Shown: positions 28,869 to 38,986, counted from the first letter of the stretch. The stretch is DNA of 64,000 nucleotides from Spirochaetia bacterium (GCA_963677925.2 CAXXYH010000004.1:416001-480000), one strand, 5' to 3'. Program-made: numbers and translations. Notes: a model not told the origin generated them from the letters alone.

Positions 28869-31853
28869 TCAGCTGAAGCTTTTCCAGGACTTTTCGATAT
28901 CGGCAAGTCCGGCTTTCAGACAGCAGCTGTCATTCATGCTGATTACAAGTTCAGATCCGTCATTAACACTGCCGATTTCAGCGAAGGCTGTTCCGCTCAT
29001 TTCTTCTTCAAAAGCTGGCACATCCGTCTCAGCGACTGTCACAACGAACCTTGAAGGGGTTTCACTGAACATCAGAACCGATGAGGAATATCCAGCCGAA
29101 TCAGCCGGAATTTTGTCGAGGCTGATTTCAGCACCGAGTCTTCCGCCAAGGGCGCATTCAGCAACGGCGCATGCAAGGCCTCCGTCTGAAAGGTCATGGC
29201 ATGATGTGACAAGAGTTTTCTGCATTGCAGAGTGGATCTTTCTGTATAGCGCTATTGCTTCATCAGTTTTTACAGCAGGGCAGGCACCAAGTTCAGAGCC
29301 TTCAAGCTTTTCAAAAAAGCTGCCGCCGAGTTCTCCGCGGGTTTCGCCGAGTATGTAGATTTTATCTCCGGCTTTTTTGAAGTCGGATGTCATTGCTTTC
29401 TTAGAATCCTCAATAATTCCCATCTGGGATATTAGCAGAGTAGGCCGTACCGGAATCTTCTTTCCTCCAAGCTTGGATTCGTTTTTCATTGAGTCCTTAC
29501 CCGAAATCAGGGGCATTCCATAGGCTGTACATGCGTCTCTGAGGCCTTTACAGGCGCGTACAAGCTGTGCCATCCGGTATTTACCTTCGGGGTTTTCAGT
29601 ACTTTCCACCGGGTCAGGCCAGCAGAAGTTGTCCAGTGCTGATGTTTTTTCCGGATTTCCTCCTAGGGCTATATGAGCACGGTAGGCTTCATCAACACCG
29701 CACATGGCCATGTCATAGGCATCGGCGTCACCGTATCGGGGACAGACACCATGAGTTACTGTTACACCTCGGTCGGTTCCGGGAACCGGTTTGAGTACTG
29801 CGCCGTCAGACGGAGCATCCGCTTCTTTTCCGATAAAGGGTTTGATTACAGACTGGGCAAGAACCTCATGATCGTACTGTCTAATCAGTCCTTCCTTGGA
29901 GGCAATATTCGGTTCTGCCAGCAGTTTAAGCAGCATTTCAGAATTTCCGCTGCAGTCATAGCTGCCCGCTGGTGCTTTTTTAACGAGTTCTCTTTCTGGA
30001 ACCCATTCAGCATTTAGAACCATCACAGGGAGGCCCTTGTGGAGGAATTCCATTTCAAGCATTCCTACGGTTTTTCCGCTGTATTTCAGATCGATATAAC
30101 CGCTGTCGGTAAATGTACCGATTGCAGTTGCTTCGACTCCGCGGGATTCAGCGAGGCTGATAAACTCTTCAAGTGTATCCTCTGAAATTGCAAGACTCAT
30201 CCTCTCCTGGCTTTCGGACACCAGGATTTCCCAGGGCGCCAGGCCTTCATATTTAAGCGGACAGTCATCAAGATTGATGATGATTCCGTTGCTGTATTCC
30301 GCCATTTCACCAAGTGAGGAAGAAAGGCCGCCGGCTCCGTTATCGGTAAGTCCCTTGTACAGACCCTTGTCTCTGGCCTCAATCAGGAAGTCGCTCATTT
30401 TTTTCTGGGTAATCGGGTCTCCGATCTGTACCGCAGAAGTGGGTGATTCTTCATCAAGGGCGAGTGATGAGAATGTCGCACCGTGGATGCCGTCTTTTCC
30501 GATTCTTCCCCCGAGCATCACTGCTGTATCGCCCGGGTTAATATGCTTAATCCATGAGCCTTCGCCGTCAATTTCTGCGGGAAGAATTCCGCCGGTACCG
30601 CAGAATACAAGGGGCTTTCCGGTGTAGCTGTCGTCGAAGAGAAATCCGCCGCCGACTACAGGAATACCTGACTGGTTTCCGCCGTCAACAATTCCCCTAT
30701 GAACACCTTCCATTATCTGGCGAGGGTGAAGCAGGCCTTTGGGAATCTCGCTTTCAGGAGCATTTACTTCTCCAAAGCAGAGGTAGTTGGTATTAAATAT
30801 CGGTCTCGCGCCCTTACCTGTTCCCAGAATATCACGGTTAACACCTACAATTCCGGTTATTGCTCCGCCGTAGGGATCGAGGGCTGAGGGTGAGTTATGT
30901 GTTTCAACCTTGAAACAAATCAGGTTGTCGTCATCGAATACTATAACGCCTGAGTTGTCATGAAAAACGGATCGCAGGTAGTCTTTAACTTCTGAAACCT
31001 CGTCGGTTGTTTTTTTAACATATTCCTTAAAAAGTGAGCTGATTCTCTCATTTTTACCGGTTGTCTTATCGTAGTACTCAACATCGGCATTAAGAATTTT
31101 ATGTTTACAGTGTTCAGACCAGGTCTGTGCAATCATCTCAATTTCTACATCGGTCGGTCCTGCCGGAAGACCTTCCGTTTCCCTGATTGCCCGGATGTCT
31201 GCACGGTTATAATAACCCTTAACAGCATTCATCTCATCTGCGGTAAGAGCAAGCAGTCTTTCCTTTGAAAAGGCAATAAGCTGTTCATCGGTCATTTCAG
31301 AAAGATCGAAATCCAGAATTTCAACAGGACTTGGAGAAATAGAGGCAGGATAAACTGCTGGAAAGCGCTTTCCGCTTTTCCACTCTTCTGATGAGATCAT
31401 TACAGCCTGTTCAATAAGGGGGTTATAAAGATGCTTCTTGAGGTTTTCAAGCTGATCTTCGGAAAGACTCCCGCTCTTAATAATCAGCTGCCTGGCTGTC
31501 TGTATCACTGCTTCAAGTGAGATCTTTACTCCCAGTTCTGCAGAAAGGGCGCTTCTTGCTGTTATTGCGGTGGGGTTTGTGACTCCTGTTTTATAGGAAA
31601 TCTCGATTATGTAATCCCATTCATCAGCTTTGAGCGTCCCTGCATAGGGGCTTCCTGTATAAACTGTCTGTGCAACCGGATCTGAAAAGACGGAAGCGGC
31701 CGCCTCTTCAGTCAGCGTATCCAGTTCGGCAATATAGATATCCGCGATTGTTATTTTATCGATTGATGCGGAAACAGATTTTCTGAGACTCCCGGCAAGC
31801 CTTAATGCTCGTCCGTCCAGTCCCGGGTCTTTAAACACTACTTCTGTTCTCAT
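28869..31853 (-). CDS. purL: FGAM synthase synthetase subunit with fused PurS-like N-terminus
   Basis: WSEHCKH, KVETHNSPS, DGIHGA, SESQERM, ISGKDS, HDLSDGG; 994 aa with no glutaminase domain. Confidence 0.93.
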   Translation of the reverse strand: MRTEVVFKDPGLDGRALRLAGSLRKSVSASIDKITIADIYIAELDTLTEEAAASVFSDPVAQTVYTGSPYAGTLKADEWDYIIEISYKTGVTNPTAITARSALSAELGVKISLEAVIQTARQLIIKSGSLSEDQLENLKKHLYNPLIEQAVMISSEEWKSGKRFPAVYPASISPSPVEILDFDLSEMTDEQLIAFSKERLLALTADEMNAVKGYYNRADIRAIRETEGLPAGPTDVEIEMIAQTWSEHCKHKILNADVEYYDKTTGKNERISSLFKEYVKKTTDEVSEVKDYLRSVFHDNSGVIVFDDDNLICFKVETHNSPSALDPYGGAITGIVGVNRDILGTGKGARPIFNTNYLCFGEVNAPESEIPKGLLHPRQIMEGVHRGIVDGGNQSGIPVVGGGFLFDDSYTGKPLVFCGTGGILPAEIDGEGSWIKHINPGDTAVMLGGRIGKDGIHGATFSSLALDEESPTSAVQIGDPITQKKMSDFLIEARDKGLYKGLTDNGAGGLSSSLGEMAEYSNGIIINLDDCPLKYEGLAPWEILVSESQERMSLAISEDTLEEFISLAESRGVEATAIGTFTDSGYIDLKYSGKTVGMLEMEFLHKGLPVMVLNAEWVPERELVKKAPAGSYDCSGNSEMLLKLLAEPNIASKEGLIRQYDHEVLAQSVIKPFIGKEADAPSDGAVLKPVPGTDRGVTVTHGVCPRYGDADAYDMAMCGVDEAYRAHIALGGNPEKTSALDNFCWPDPVESTENPEGKYRMAQLVRACKGLRDACTAYGMPLISGKDSMKNESKLGGKKIPVRPTLLISQMGIIEDSKKAMTSDFKKAGDKIYILGETRGELGGSFFEKLEGSELGACPAVKTDEAIALYRKIHSAMQKTLVTSCHDLSDGGLACAVAECALGGRLGAEISLDKIPADSAGYSSSVLMFSETPSRFVVTVAETDVPAFEEEMSGTAFAEIGSVNDGSELVISMNDSCCLKAGLADIEKSWKSFS

Positions 31854-32009
31854 AATTTATGCAAATCGTACAGTAAAATATGCATATTTTCAATGCAGGA
31901 ACTTTGTTTACAGCATTTAAAGATTGGAATAATCTTGAGTAAAATCCCTGTTTAACGGCTTGTCTAACGAAGGCTTTTTGAGTAATGTTGATCGAGTGGT
32001 GAATAAGTG

Positions 32010-32474
32010 ATGCCTTTGTTTAATGATGGTTCCGTCGTATGTGATCTCTCAAGTACGGAAAAATATGCAGCTATCCATGAATTGATTACCCGCGCTGACG
32101 TTTTCAAAAAAATAGTTAACCCGTCACAGTTTGAAGAAATCGTAGTTAAACGGGAGAAAAAGCTGTCTACAGGACTTGGACACGGAGTTGCCTTCGCGCA
32201 TGGTAAAACAGAGACAGTTGACGGGCTCTATGTTGCGCTTGGAATCTCAAAAGATGGAATCGAGTATCAATCCTTTGATGGAAAGCCTGTTCATCTGCTT
32301 TTTGTTGTAGCAAATCCGCCTGACGGCCATGCAGAATACCTGAAATTAATATCCGCTCTCAGCAAACTGATCAGAGATGATGCATTCAAGGAAAAGGTTC
32401 TCGCAATTAGAAATAACGTGATGCTTGAAAAACTATTTAAAACATCACTGGAACAGTTACAGATGAAATGCTGA
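32010..32474 (+). CDS. PTS EIIA (Fru/Ntr-type) domain protein
   Basis: REKKLSTGLGHGVAFAHG phospho-His motif, DGKPVHLLF. Confidence 0.88.
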   Translation: MPLFNDGSVVCDLSSTEKYAAIHELITRADVFKKIVNPSQFEEIVVKREKKLSTGLGHGVAFAHGKTETVDGLYVALGISKDGIEYQSFDGKPVHLLFVVANPPDGHAEYLKLISALSKLIRDDAFKEKVLAIRNNVMLEKLFKTSLEQLQMKC

Positions 32475-32488
32475 GTATAAAAGAAAAC

Positions 32489-32584
32489 AGCCCGGATGGG
32501 GCTTTTTTTTTACCCTGATTCTTTTAACACTTAAGAAATAAATTTACAGGCAAAAAAAAACCCTGAAAATCGAAGATTTCAGGG
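32489..32584. terminator. Two back-to-back terminators (EIIA on +, lysA on -)
   Basis: AGCCC/GGGCT plus T-run (32489-32511); A9 plus CCCTGAAA/TTTCAGGG (32552-32584). Confidence 0.75.
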
Positions 32585-32624
32585 ATTATGACAATTGCAA
32601 AACTAACAGGGTTTTGCAGAAAGC

Positions 32625-33878
32625 TTAGAGTCCTGGATAGTCCAGAGTGGAAAAATAATCATCGACTGTTTCAGCTCTCCTGATTTTCTGTACTGAACCG
32701 TCTTCCTTAAGCAGAAGTTCCGCACTTCTAAGTTTTCCGTTGTAATTAAAGCCCATTGCATAGCCGTGAGCGCCTGTATCATGAATAACCACAATGTCAC
32801 CCGGCTCCATAACCGGTAATTCACGGTCAATGGCAAACTTATCGTTGTTTTCACAGAGCGAACCTGTCACATCAACAACTTCTTTGCTGGAGGACGTTTC
32901 CTTTCCGACTACAGTGATGTGATGATATGCTCCGTAAAGGGCCGGCCTCATCAGGTTGGCCATAGAGGCATCAAGTCCGATGAATTTCTTGTAGGTTTCC
33001 TTACGGTGAAGGACCTTTGTTACAAGATAGCCGTAGGGGCCTGTGATCATTCTTCCCGATTCCATTACGATTTTAAGTCCGCTGTGTCCGTTTTTAACAA
33101 TCTTTTCCTCATAGAGTGCTTTGATTCCGTCTGAAACCTTCTGCATATCAACAGCATCCTGTTCTGGTCTGTAAGGAATACCGAAACCTCCGCCAAGGTT
33201 TACAAAATCAAATTTGATTCCCAGTTCTGCGGACAGTTCAATAATCAGATCGAAGAGGATGTCGGCGGTTTCAACAAAGTATTCCCAGTTAAGTTCATTT
33301 GAAGCAACCATGGTATGAAGGCCGAAGTTTTTAACACCCTTGTCCTTCATTCTTTTGTATCCCTCAAAAAGCTGTTCACGTGTAAATCCGTACTTGGCTT
33401 CCTCCGGCTTTCCAATGATTACATTTCCTTCCTTTAGCGGACCCGGATTATATCTGAAACAGATGCCCTCGGGGATCCCTGCAGTTTTTTCAAGATAATC
33501 GATGTGGCTGATATCATCCAGATTGATTATTGCATCAAGGTTTTTTGCTTCAATGTATTCATTTGCCGGAGTATCGTTTGATGTAAACATAATTTCATTA
33601 CCGGTCATGCCGACAGCCTTTGAAAGCATAAGCTCGGGTAAGGATGAACAGTCAGCCCCCATTCCCTCATCTTTAAGTATGTCCATCAGGTAGGGGTTCG
33701 GGGCGGCTTTTACGGCGTAGTAATTCTTGAATCCGCCGGGAACCCACTCGAAAGCCTTGTACAGGGCTTTGGCATTTGCCCTTATAGCTTTTTCATCGTA
33801 GATATGAAAGGGTGTTGGATATTCTTTTGTAATTTCTTCAAGCCGTTCTTTTGAAAACGGCAGTGTTTTGTCACTCAT
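32625..33878 (-). CDS. lysA: Diaminopimelate decarboxylase
   Basis: YAVKA, KYG, NLGGG, ESGR, GSLCENND, GAHG...YN. Confidence 0.92.
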   Translation of the reverse strand: MSDKTLPFSKERLEEITKEYPTPFHIYDEKAIRANAKALYKAFEWVPGGFKNYYAVKAAPNPYLMDILKDEGMGADCSSLPELMLSKAVGMTGNEIMFTSNDTPANEYIEAKNLDAIINLDDISHIDYLEKTAGIPEGICFRYNPGPLKEGNVIIGKPEEAKYGFTREQLFEGYKRMKDKGVKNFGLHTMVASNELNWEYFVETADILFDLIIELSAELGIKFDFVNLGGGFGIPYRPEQDAVDMQKVSDGIKALYEEKIVKNGHSGLKIVMESGRMITGPYGYLVTKVLHRKETYKKFIGLDASMANLMRPALYGAYHHITVVGKETSSSKEVVDVTGSLCENNDKFAIDRELPVMEPGDIVVIHDTGAHGYAMGFNYNGKLRSAELLLKEDGSVQKIRRAETVDDYFSTLDYPGL

Positions 33879-33894
33879 TCTGACTCCTTGTTAT

Positions 33895-34818
33895 TCAGCA
33901 GCTGCAGCAAAGATCAACTGCAGCAATATTTTTTTTAAGTGCAAGTCTGCCCAGGTCGCCTCCGGCGTCCTTTGCAACAATTTCGCATTTTATCCTGAAA
34001 AGAAAATATGTCAATGGCAGCACTTCACCGAACAGGGTTTCGTAGTTGCCCTGGCCCTTGCTTATAACCAGATCTGCATTATCAAGTGCTGATTTAAACT
34101 CTGCGGATGTTTTTGCAAGTACGGTTCCTGCCGCAGCACATCCGGAATTTATCACCCTGCAGAGTTCTGTTATGCCGCTTGTTTCGGCATCCTCTTCAAG
34201 CACATCGTTTAATGCCGGGCCGCCTCTAACAACAAAGGTTATCTTCTTCTCCGGAAACTCCTTCAGTATTTCTTCGATAAACAAACGGTCAAATACTATT
34301 TCGCCGGCATTATCACCAAGATACACAAGGTTTTCTGCTTCTTTCAATGAAGAATAAAAAGAATTGAACTGAAATATTTCATCATCACTGATCGTTCCGT
34401 TTTCCAGGTTTTTTAATACCGGTTTGGAAAGTATTTCATCCAGAGCATCCTTTATATTAAGGTTGGCGTTTACTCCAAAATCGATCAGATTACCTGCAAT
34501 AGCAAGGCTGAGCGCTTCCTGAAGCGGATGTTCTGATTCAGAAATTCTTTTCTTTAAATCGGGAACAAGGCCTAATGCCGCCATATTACTTTTTCGCTTT
34601 ATCTCCATATAAGGATCGCGGATTCCGGAATAGCTGTGAATAATTGAAGTCATTCTTGCGGCCATCTCTACCGGTGTGATCGGCTTGATTGCATCAGGGA
34701 TTTCTCTAATCAGCTGGTAAAAACCTTTTTCAAGAACATCCTCTTCCAGCCCGCTTAGACGGGAAATTTTAAGATACTGGGATAGAAGACATACAGTACA
34801 GTCTGGTTTTGCTTTCAT
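33895..34818 (-). CDS. DUF89/ARMT1-like damage-control metal-dependent phosphatase
   Basis: N-terminal CxxC, DPY, GNLIDFG, DNAGEIVFD, KGQGNYE. Confidence 0.9.
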   Translation of the reverse strand: MKAKPDCTVCLLSQYLKISRLSGLEEDVLEKGFYQLIREIPDAIKPITPVEMAARMTSIIHSYSGIRDPYMEIKRKSNMAALGLVPDLKKRISESEHPLQEALSLAIAGNLIDFGVNANLNIKDALDEILSKPVLKNLENGTISDDEIFQFNSFYSSLKEAENLVYLGDNAGEIVFDRLFIEEILKEFPEKKITFVVRGGPALNDVLEEDAETSGITELCRVINSGCAAAGTVLAKTSAEFKSALDNADLVISKGQGNYETLFGEVLPLTYFLFRIKCEIVAKDAGGDLGRLALKKNIAAVDLCCSC

Positions 34819-34828
34819 AATAAAAGTG

Positions 34829-34857
34829 ATGTTAGCCTATCCTAACCAAAATTTCAA
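34829..34857 (-). promoter_or_regulatory. Promoter of DUF89-lysA with DtxR-like operator
   Basis: TTGAAA-17-TAACAT; GTTAGGATAGGCTAAC (34831-34846) overlaps spacer and -10. Confidence 0.55.
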
Positions 34858-34882
34858 GAAGGCCTGTACTTATGCGCTAATC

Positions 34883-34911
34883 TTGCGTTGTTTTTCTTTA
34901 TAGGTTAATCT
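34883..34911 (+). promoter_or_regulatory. Leaderless promoter of hisA operon
   Basis: TTGCGT-17-TAATCT, 6 nt before ATG, no SD. Confidence 0.55.
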
Positions 34912-34917
34912 TGATAT

Positions 34918-35664
34918 ATGATAATAATTCCCGCAATAGATTTAATAGACGGCAAATGTGTAAGACTTTATAAAGGAAATTATGACAGCTCAACTGTCTA
35001 TAATGAGGATCCTGTAGAAACCGCCAAAGAATTTGAACAGGCCGGAGCAGTCAGGATTCATATAGTCGATTTGGACGCGGCCAGAGGCGGTTCCAACAAT
35101 AGAGATATAATAAAAAGAATAAAGAAGGAAGTTTCCTGCACGGTTGAAACCGGCGGCGGAATAAGAACTGAAGATGATATCAAAGAACTGATTGACTGCG
35201 GTATAGACAGGATGATAGCCGGAACGGTTTTCGCTAAAACTCCGGAAGTTGTTGCCGGATGGATTGAAACCTACGGAAAGAAGTTCATAGCTGGTATTGA
35301 TGCTCTTGACGGTGAAGTCCGTGTTTCCGGCTGGGAAAAAGGTTCAGGAGTTTCAGACTCTGAACTGTCCAGAAAAGCCGCCGAAATAGGAATTATCAGT
35401 ATTATCTACACAAACATCGCGAAGGACGGAACCCTCAGTGGACCGGATCTTGAAAACACTATAAGAATAACAAAAGAATCCGGACTGCCTTCAATTCTTT
35501 CCGGGGGAATAAGCAGCATTGATGATCTGAAGGCAGTAGCAGAGAACTCTGAAGCTTCCGGAATCCGCGGAATTATTACAGGAAAAGCGCTTTATGAAGG
35601 GCGTCTTGATCTGGTACAGGCTATAAAAGAATACCAGGATGAGGACTCAGATACAGGATGGTAG
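34918..35664 (+). CDS. hisA: ProFAR isomerase
   Basis: IPAIDLIDGKCVRL, HIVDLD, GGGIR, DGTLSG, SGG, GKALYEG. Confidence 0.95.
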   Translation: MIIIPAIDLIDGKCVRLYKGNYDSSTVYNEDPVETAKEFEQAGAVRIHIVDLDAARGGSNNRDIIKRIKKEVSCTVETGGGIRTEDDIKELIDCGIDRMIAGTVFAKTPEVVAGWIETYGKKFIAGIDALDGEVRVSGWEKGSGVSDSELSRKAAEIGIISIIYTNIAKDGTLSGPDLENTIRITKESGLPSILSGGISSIDDLKAVAENSEASGIRGIITGKALYEGRLDLVQAIKEYQDEDSDTGW

Positions 35665-35670
35665 GAATTA

Positions 35671-36219
35671 ATGGAAGATAAGGTAAAACCATATATTATT
35701 TTAAAAAATGGCGGCGGACTGCTGACAGTCCTGCAGACAAATGAAAAGGGTTATAAAAAAAGCATAGAAAATAATCAAATCTGGGCGGTTAACCCCGAAA
35801 CAGAAAGGCTTCTGCCTGAAGATCTGGGCGGCAATCCCACGGGATTCCGGGAAAGGACCGGCTGGTATGAAGCCGACTACAGTATTGCTGCGGCCGGAGA
35901 TGCTGCTGATGCAGCTTCAGGCGGTGAGGACGGTCCTGTTGCTGCTGATGATTATTCATTTCTTGCAAGGCTTTTTACCCTGATAAGTAAGAGAAAGCAG
36001 GAACTTCCTGAAGGTTCATATACAACCCATCTCTTCACATCCGGTGAAGAAAAAATCAGAAAAAAAACCGGTGAAGAGGCAGTTGAGCTTCTTCTGGCAC
36101 GCAGCCGGGAAGAGATAATCTATGAATCAGCAGATCTCGTATACCACATGATGGTTTTTCTTGCAGAAAAAGGAATTGGTTTTAATGAAATTGTTTCCGA
36201 GCTTCAGAGCCGGGAATAG
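35671..36219 (+). CDS. hisE: Phosphoribosyl-ATP pyrophosphatase with degenerate HisI-like N-terminus
   Basis: SYTTHLF, KKTGEEAVE, ESADLVYH. Confidence 0.9.
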   Translation: MEDKVKPYIILKNGGGLLTVLQTNEKGYKKSIENNQIWAVNPETERLLPEDLGGNPTGFRERTGWYEADYSIAAAGDAADAASGGEDGPVAADDYSFLARLFTLISKRKQELPEGSYTTHLFTSGEEKIRKKTGEEAVELLLARSREEIIYESADLVYHMMVFLAEKGIGFNEIVSELQSRE

Positions 36220-36228
36220 GGAGGAAGG

Positions 36229-37119
36229 ATGAAATTAGGGTCGATGGAATGGGATTATAAGAACAATCCGCTCCTGGCTGACGGCGCCTGGGGTACTGAA
36301 CTTATAAAAAGAGGTCTTGAACAGGGCAACTGTCCGGAAGAATGGAATGTAATAAGGCCTGATGATGTGAAAGCGATAGCGGAAGCATATGCGAAAGCCG
36401 GCAGCAATATCGTACTGACCAATACTTTCGGCGGTAACCGCATAAAGCTGGAGCATTACGGATTTGCAGATCGTGTCCGTGAATTCAATATTGCCGGTGC
36501 GGAACTCTCAAAGGCCGGAGCAGGCGAGGGCGTCCTGATTGCCGGAGATATCAGTTCAACAGGAAAGATGCTGGTAATGGGAGAGGTTACTTCCGAGCAG
36601 CTTTATCAGGTTTATGCCGAGCAGACCCTTGCTCTTAAAGAAGGCGGAGTAGATTTGATACTCGTTGAAACGATGACTGATATGGATGAAATGGCAATTG
36701 CTGTAAAGGCCGCGGCAACCGAGACCGGACTTCCGGTAATCTCTTCAATGACTTATGAAAAAATGAAGGACGGTACATACCGTACAATTATGGGAAATAC
36801 AGCGGAAGCCTGTGTAAGGGCAGCGGCTGAAGCGGGTGCCGTTATTGCCGGAGCCAATTGCGGCAGCGGAATAAATGAGTATGTGGAACTGGCAAAGACC
36901 CTCTGCGAACTCAACATTCTTCCTGTCTGGATCAAGGCAAACGCCGGTCTGCCTGAGATGACTGAAAACGGTGTTGTTTACCGGATGAATACTGCAGATT
37001 TTGCCTCCTATATACCGGAACTATTGGATGCCGGTGTTGCGGTTGTCGGCGGATGCTGCGGAACCACTCCGGAGTTCATCAAAGAGGTTAAATCGGTACT
37101 GGAGAAACATGCAAAGTAA
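36229..37119 (+). CDS. Stand-alone homocysteine S-methyltransferase domain (split MetH)
   Basis: DGAWGT, TNTFGG, ETM, GANC, NAGLP, GGCCGT zinc motif. Confidence 0.9.
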   Translation: MKLGSMEWDYKNNPLLADGAWGTELIKRGLEQGNCPEEWNVIRPDDVKAIAEAYAKAGSNIVLTNTFGGNRIKLEHYGFADRVREFNIAGAELSKAGAGEGVLIAGDISSTGKMLVMGEVTSEQLYQVYAEQTLALKEGGVDLILVETMTDMDEMAIAVKAAATETGLPVISSMTYEKMKDGTYRTIMGNTAEACVRAAAEAGAVIAGANCGSGINEYVELAKTLCELNILPVWIKANAGLPEMTENGVVYRMNTADFASYIPELLDAGVAVVGGCCGTTPEFIKEVKSVLEKHAK

Positions 37120-38986
37120 ATATCTGGAACGGCTTAAAAACGGAATGGTTCTCTTTGACAGCGCCATGGGGACCGCTCTTTATGAAAAAGGAGTTTTCAT
37201 TAACCGCTGTTTTGAAGAAATAAATGTAACAAACCCGGAAAAGGTTCTGGAAATACATCTGAATAACCTTGAAGCCGGAGCACAGCTTCTTACTGTTAAT
37301 TCCTTCGGTGCAAACTCTGTAAAACTCGGCGGCTATAACATGGCTGAAAGAACCGAGGAGTTTAACAGGGCCGCAGTCAGTATAGCAAAAGAGGCTATTG
37401 CTAAAAGCGGGATGGAGGATATCCTTATCGCCGGTTCTGTCGGCCCTCTGGGAAAGAGGATTGAACCCTTCGGAAAGATGAAGAGGGAAGACGCTTCAAA
37501 GGTTTTTATGGAGCAGATTTCTTATCTCTGCGATGCCGGAGTTGATCTTGTCCTGCTTGAAACCTTCAGGGATATGGAAGAGCTGCTGCTGGCCGCAGCT
37601 GCTGCCCGTGCTGTTTCCATGGATGTTGCTGTCGAAGCACATTACAGCATGGGCCCTCCGTCAGGACATACCTCCGGAGGTGTCCTCGAAGACTATTCAA
37701 CTGTCTATCTTAAAAAGGCGCTGGAAAAGGCGATAAGACTTGATAACTGTCCGGATGTTGATGTAATAGGAACAAACTGCGGAGTAGGTCCCGCTGATAT
37801 GCTTGAGATTCTCAATGCTGTCCGGACTCATGTCAAAAAGCCCTTTGTTGTCATGCCCAATGCAGGCTTTCCCCGTGATGTTGACGGACGGCAGATTTAC
37901 CTGGCCGACCCGGACTACTTCTCTGAATATGCGCTTAAATTCCTTGATGCCGGAGCTGCGGCTGTAGGCGGATGCTGCGGAACAACTCATGAACATATCA
38001 GAAAGATGGGAAAGGCTGTCCTGAATCTGTCCTCAGGACGAAAGGCCTTTGCTTTCCAGCAGGTTGAAGAATCTGATCATGCAGAAGAACCCACGCCCCT
38101 GGGCGAGCGTTCCAAACTTGGTGCAAAGCTTGCAGCTGGTGAATGGGTTACAACAATTGAACTGATTCCGCCTATGGGAACTGATCTTACACGGATTATT
38201 GACAGAACAAAGTCGCTGGCATTGCCTGAGGTAACCTGCGTTAACCTCCCAGACGGACCACGCGCATCATCAAGAATTTCTTCAATAATTACAGCTTTGG
38301 AAATTCTCAGGAATACAGGAGTTGAACCGATTCTTCATTACTGCTGCCGTGACAAGAACCTGATTGCAATGCAGGCGGATCTGCTTGGCTGTGAATCTGT
38401 CGGTATAAAGAATCTGCTTATTGTTACCGGAGATCCGCCAAAGGTTGGAAATTATCCTGATGTAACAGGGGTATTTGATGTTGATGCCATCGGGCTTCTG
38501 AGTCTTGCCTCACGGCTGAACACCGGAATCGATCTTGGAGGAACCCCTCTTGGCGGCAAGACTTCATTTGTGAAGGGCGCGGGAGTAAACCCTGCTGCAG
38601 TCGCTCTGGATGTTGAGATTGAACGTGCTTACAGGAAGGCTGAAGCGGGTGCGGAGTATTTTATTACCCAGCCGGTGTTTGAAACTGATCTGATTCTGAA
38701 TTTTATTGACTCGGTTAAGGATACAGGGGTTCCGGTAATTGTCGGAGTATGGCCGCTTGCGTCGTATAGAAATGCCCTTTTCCTCAATAACGAGGTCCCG
38801 GGAGTAAGTATCCCCGAATCAATTATGAAACGAATGGAAGAACGTCCTGATAAGGAAACGGCAAGAGCCGAAGGTGTTAAGATTGCAAGAGAAATTGTCG
38901 ATGCAGTCAGGGCCTCCTCAGCCGGAATTCAGGTAAGTCCTCCCTTTGGAAATATACAAACTGCTCTTGATGTAATCAGAGATTAA
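37109..38986 (+). CDS. Bifunctional homocysteine S-methyltransferase / methylenetetrahydrofolate reductase (YitJ-like)
   Basis: GTNC, PNAG, GGCCG, then MTHFR motifs HYCCRD, TGDPP, ITQPVF; GGAG SD before ATG 37109. Confidence 0.92.
   Translation: MQSKYLERLKNGMVLFDSAMGTALYEKGVFINRCFEEINVTNPEKVLEIHLNNLEAGAQLLTVNSFGANSVKLGGYNMAERTEEFNRAAVSIAKEAIAKSGMEDILIAGSVGPLGKRIEPFGKMKREDASKVFMEQISYLCDAGVDLVLLETFRDMEELLLAAAAARAVSMDVAVEAHYSMGPPSGHTSGGVLEDYSTVYLKKALEKAIRLDNCPDVDVIGTNCGVGPADMLEILNAVRTHVKKPFVVMPNAGFPRDVDGRQIYLADPDYFSEYALKFLDAGAAAVGGCCGTTHEHIRKMGKAVLNLSSGRKAFAFQQVEESDHAEEPTPLGERSKLGAKLAAGEWVTTIELIPPMGTDLTRIIDRTKSLALPEVTCVNLPDGPRASSRISSIITALEILRNTGVEPILHYCCRDKNLIAMQADLLGCESVGIKNLLIVTGDPPKVGNYPDVTGVFDVDAIGLLSLASRLNTGIDLGGTPLGGKTSFVKGAGVNPAAVALDVEIERAYRKAEAGAEYFITQPVFETDLILNFIDSVKDTGVPVIVGVWPLASYRNALFLNNEVPGVSIPESIMKRMEERPDKETARAEGVKIAREIVDAVRASSAGIQVSPPFGNIQTALDVIRD

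Noticed and set aside
31924-31940. sigma54-like site TTGGAAT-N4-TTGAG upstream of the EIIA gene
   Set aside because: Lacks the invariant GC at -12
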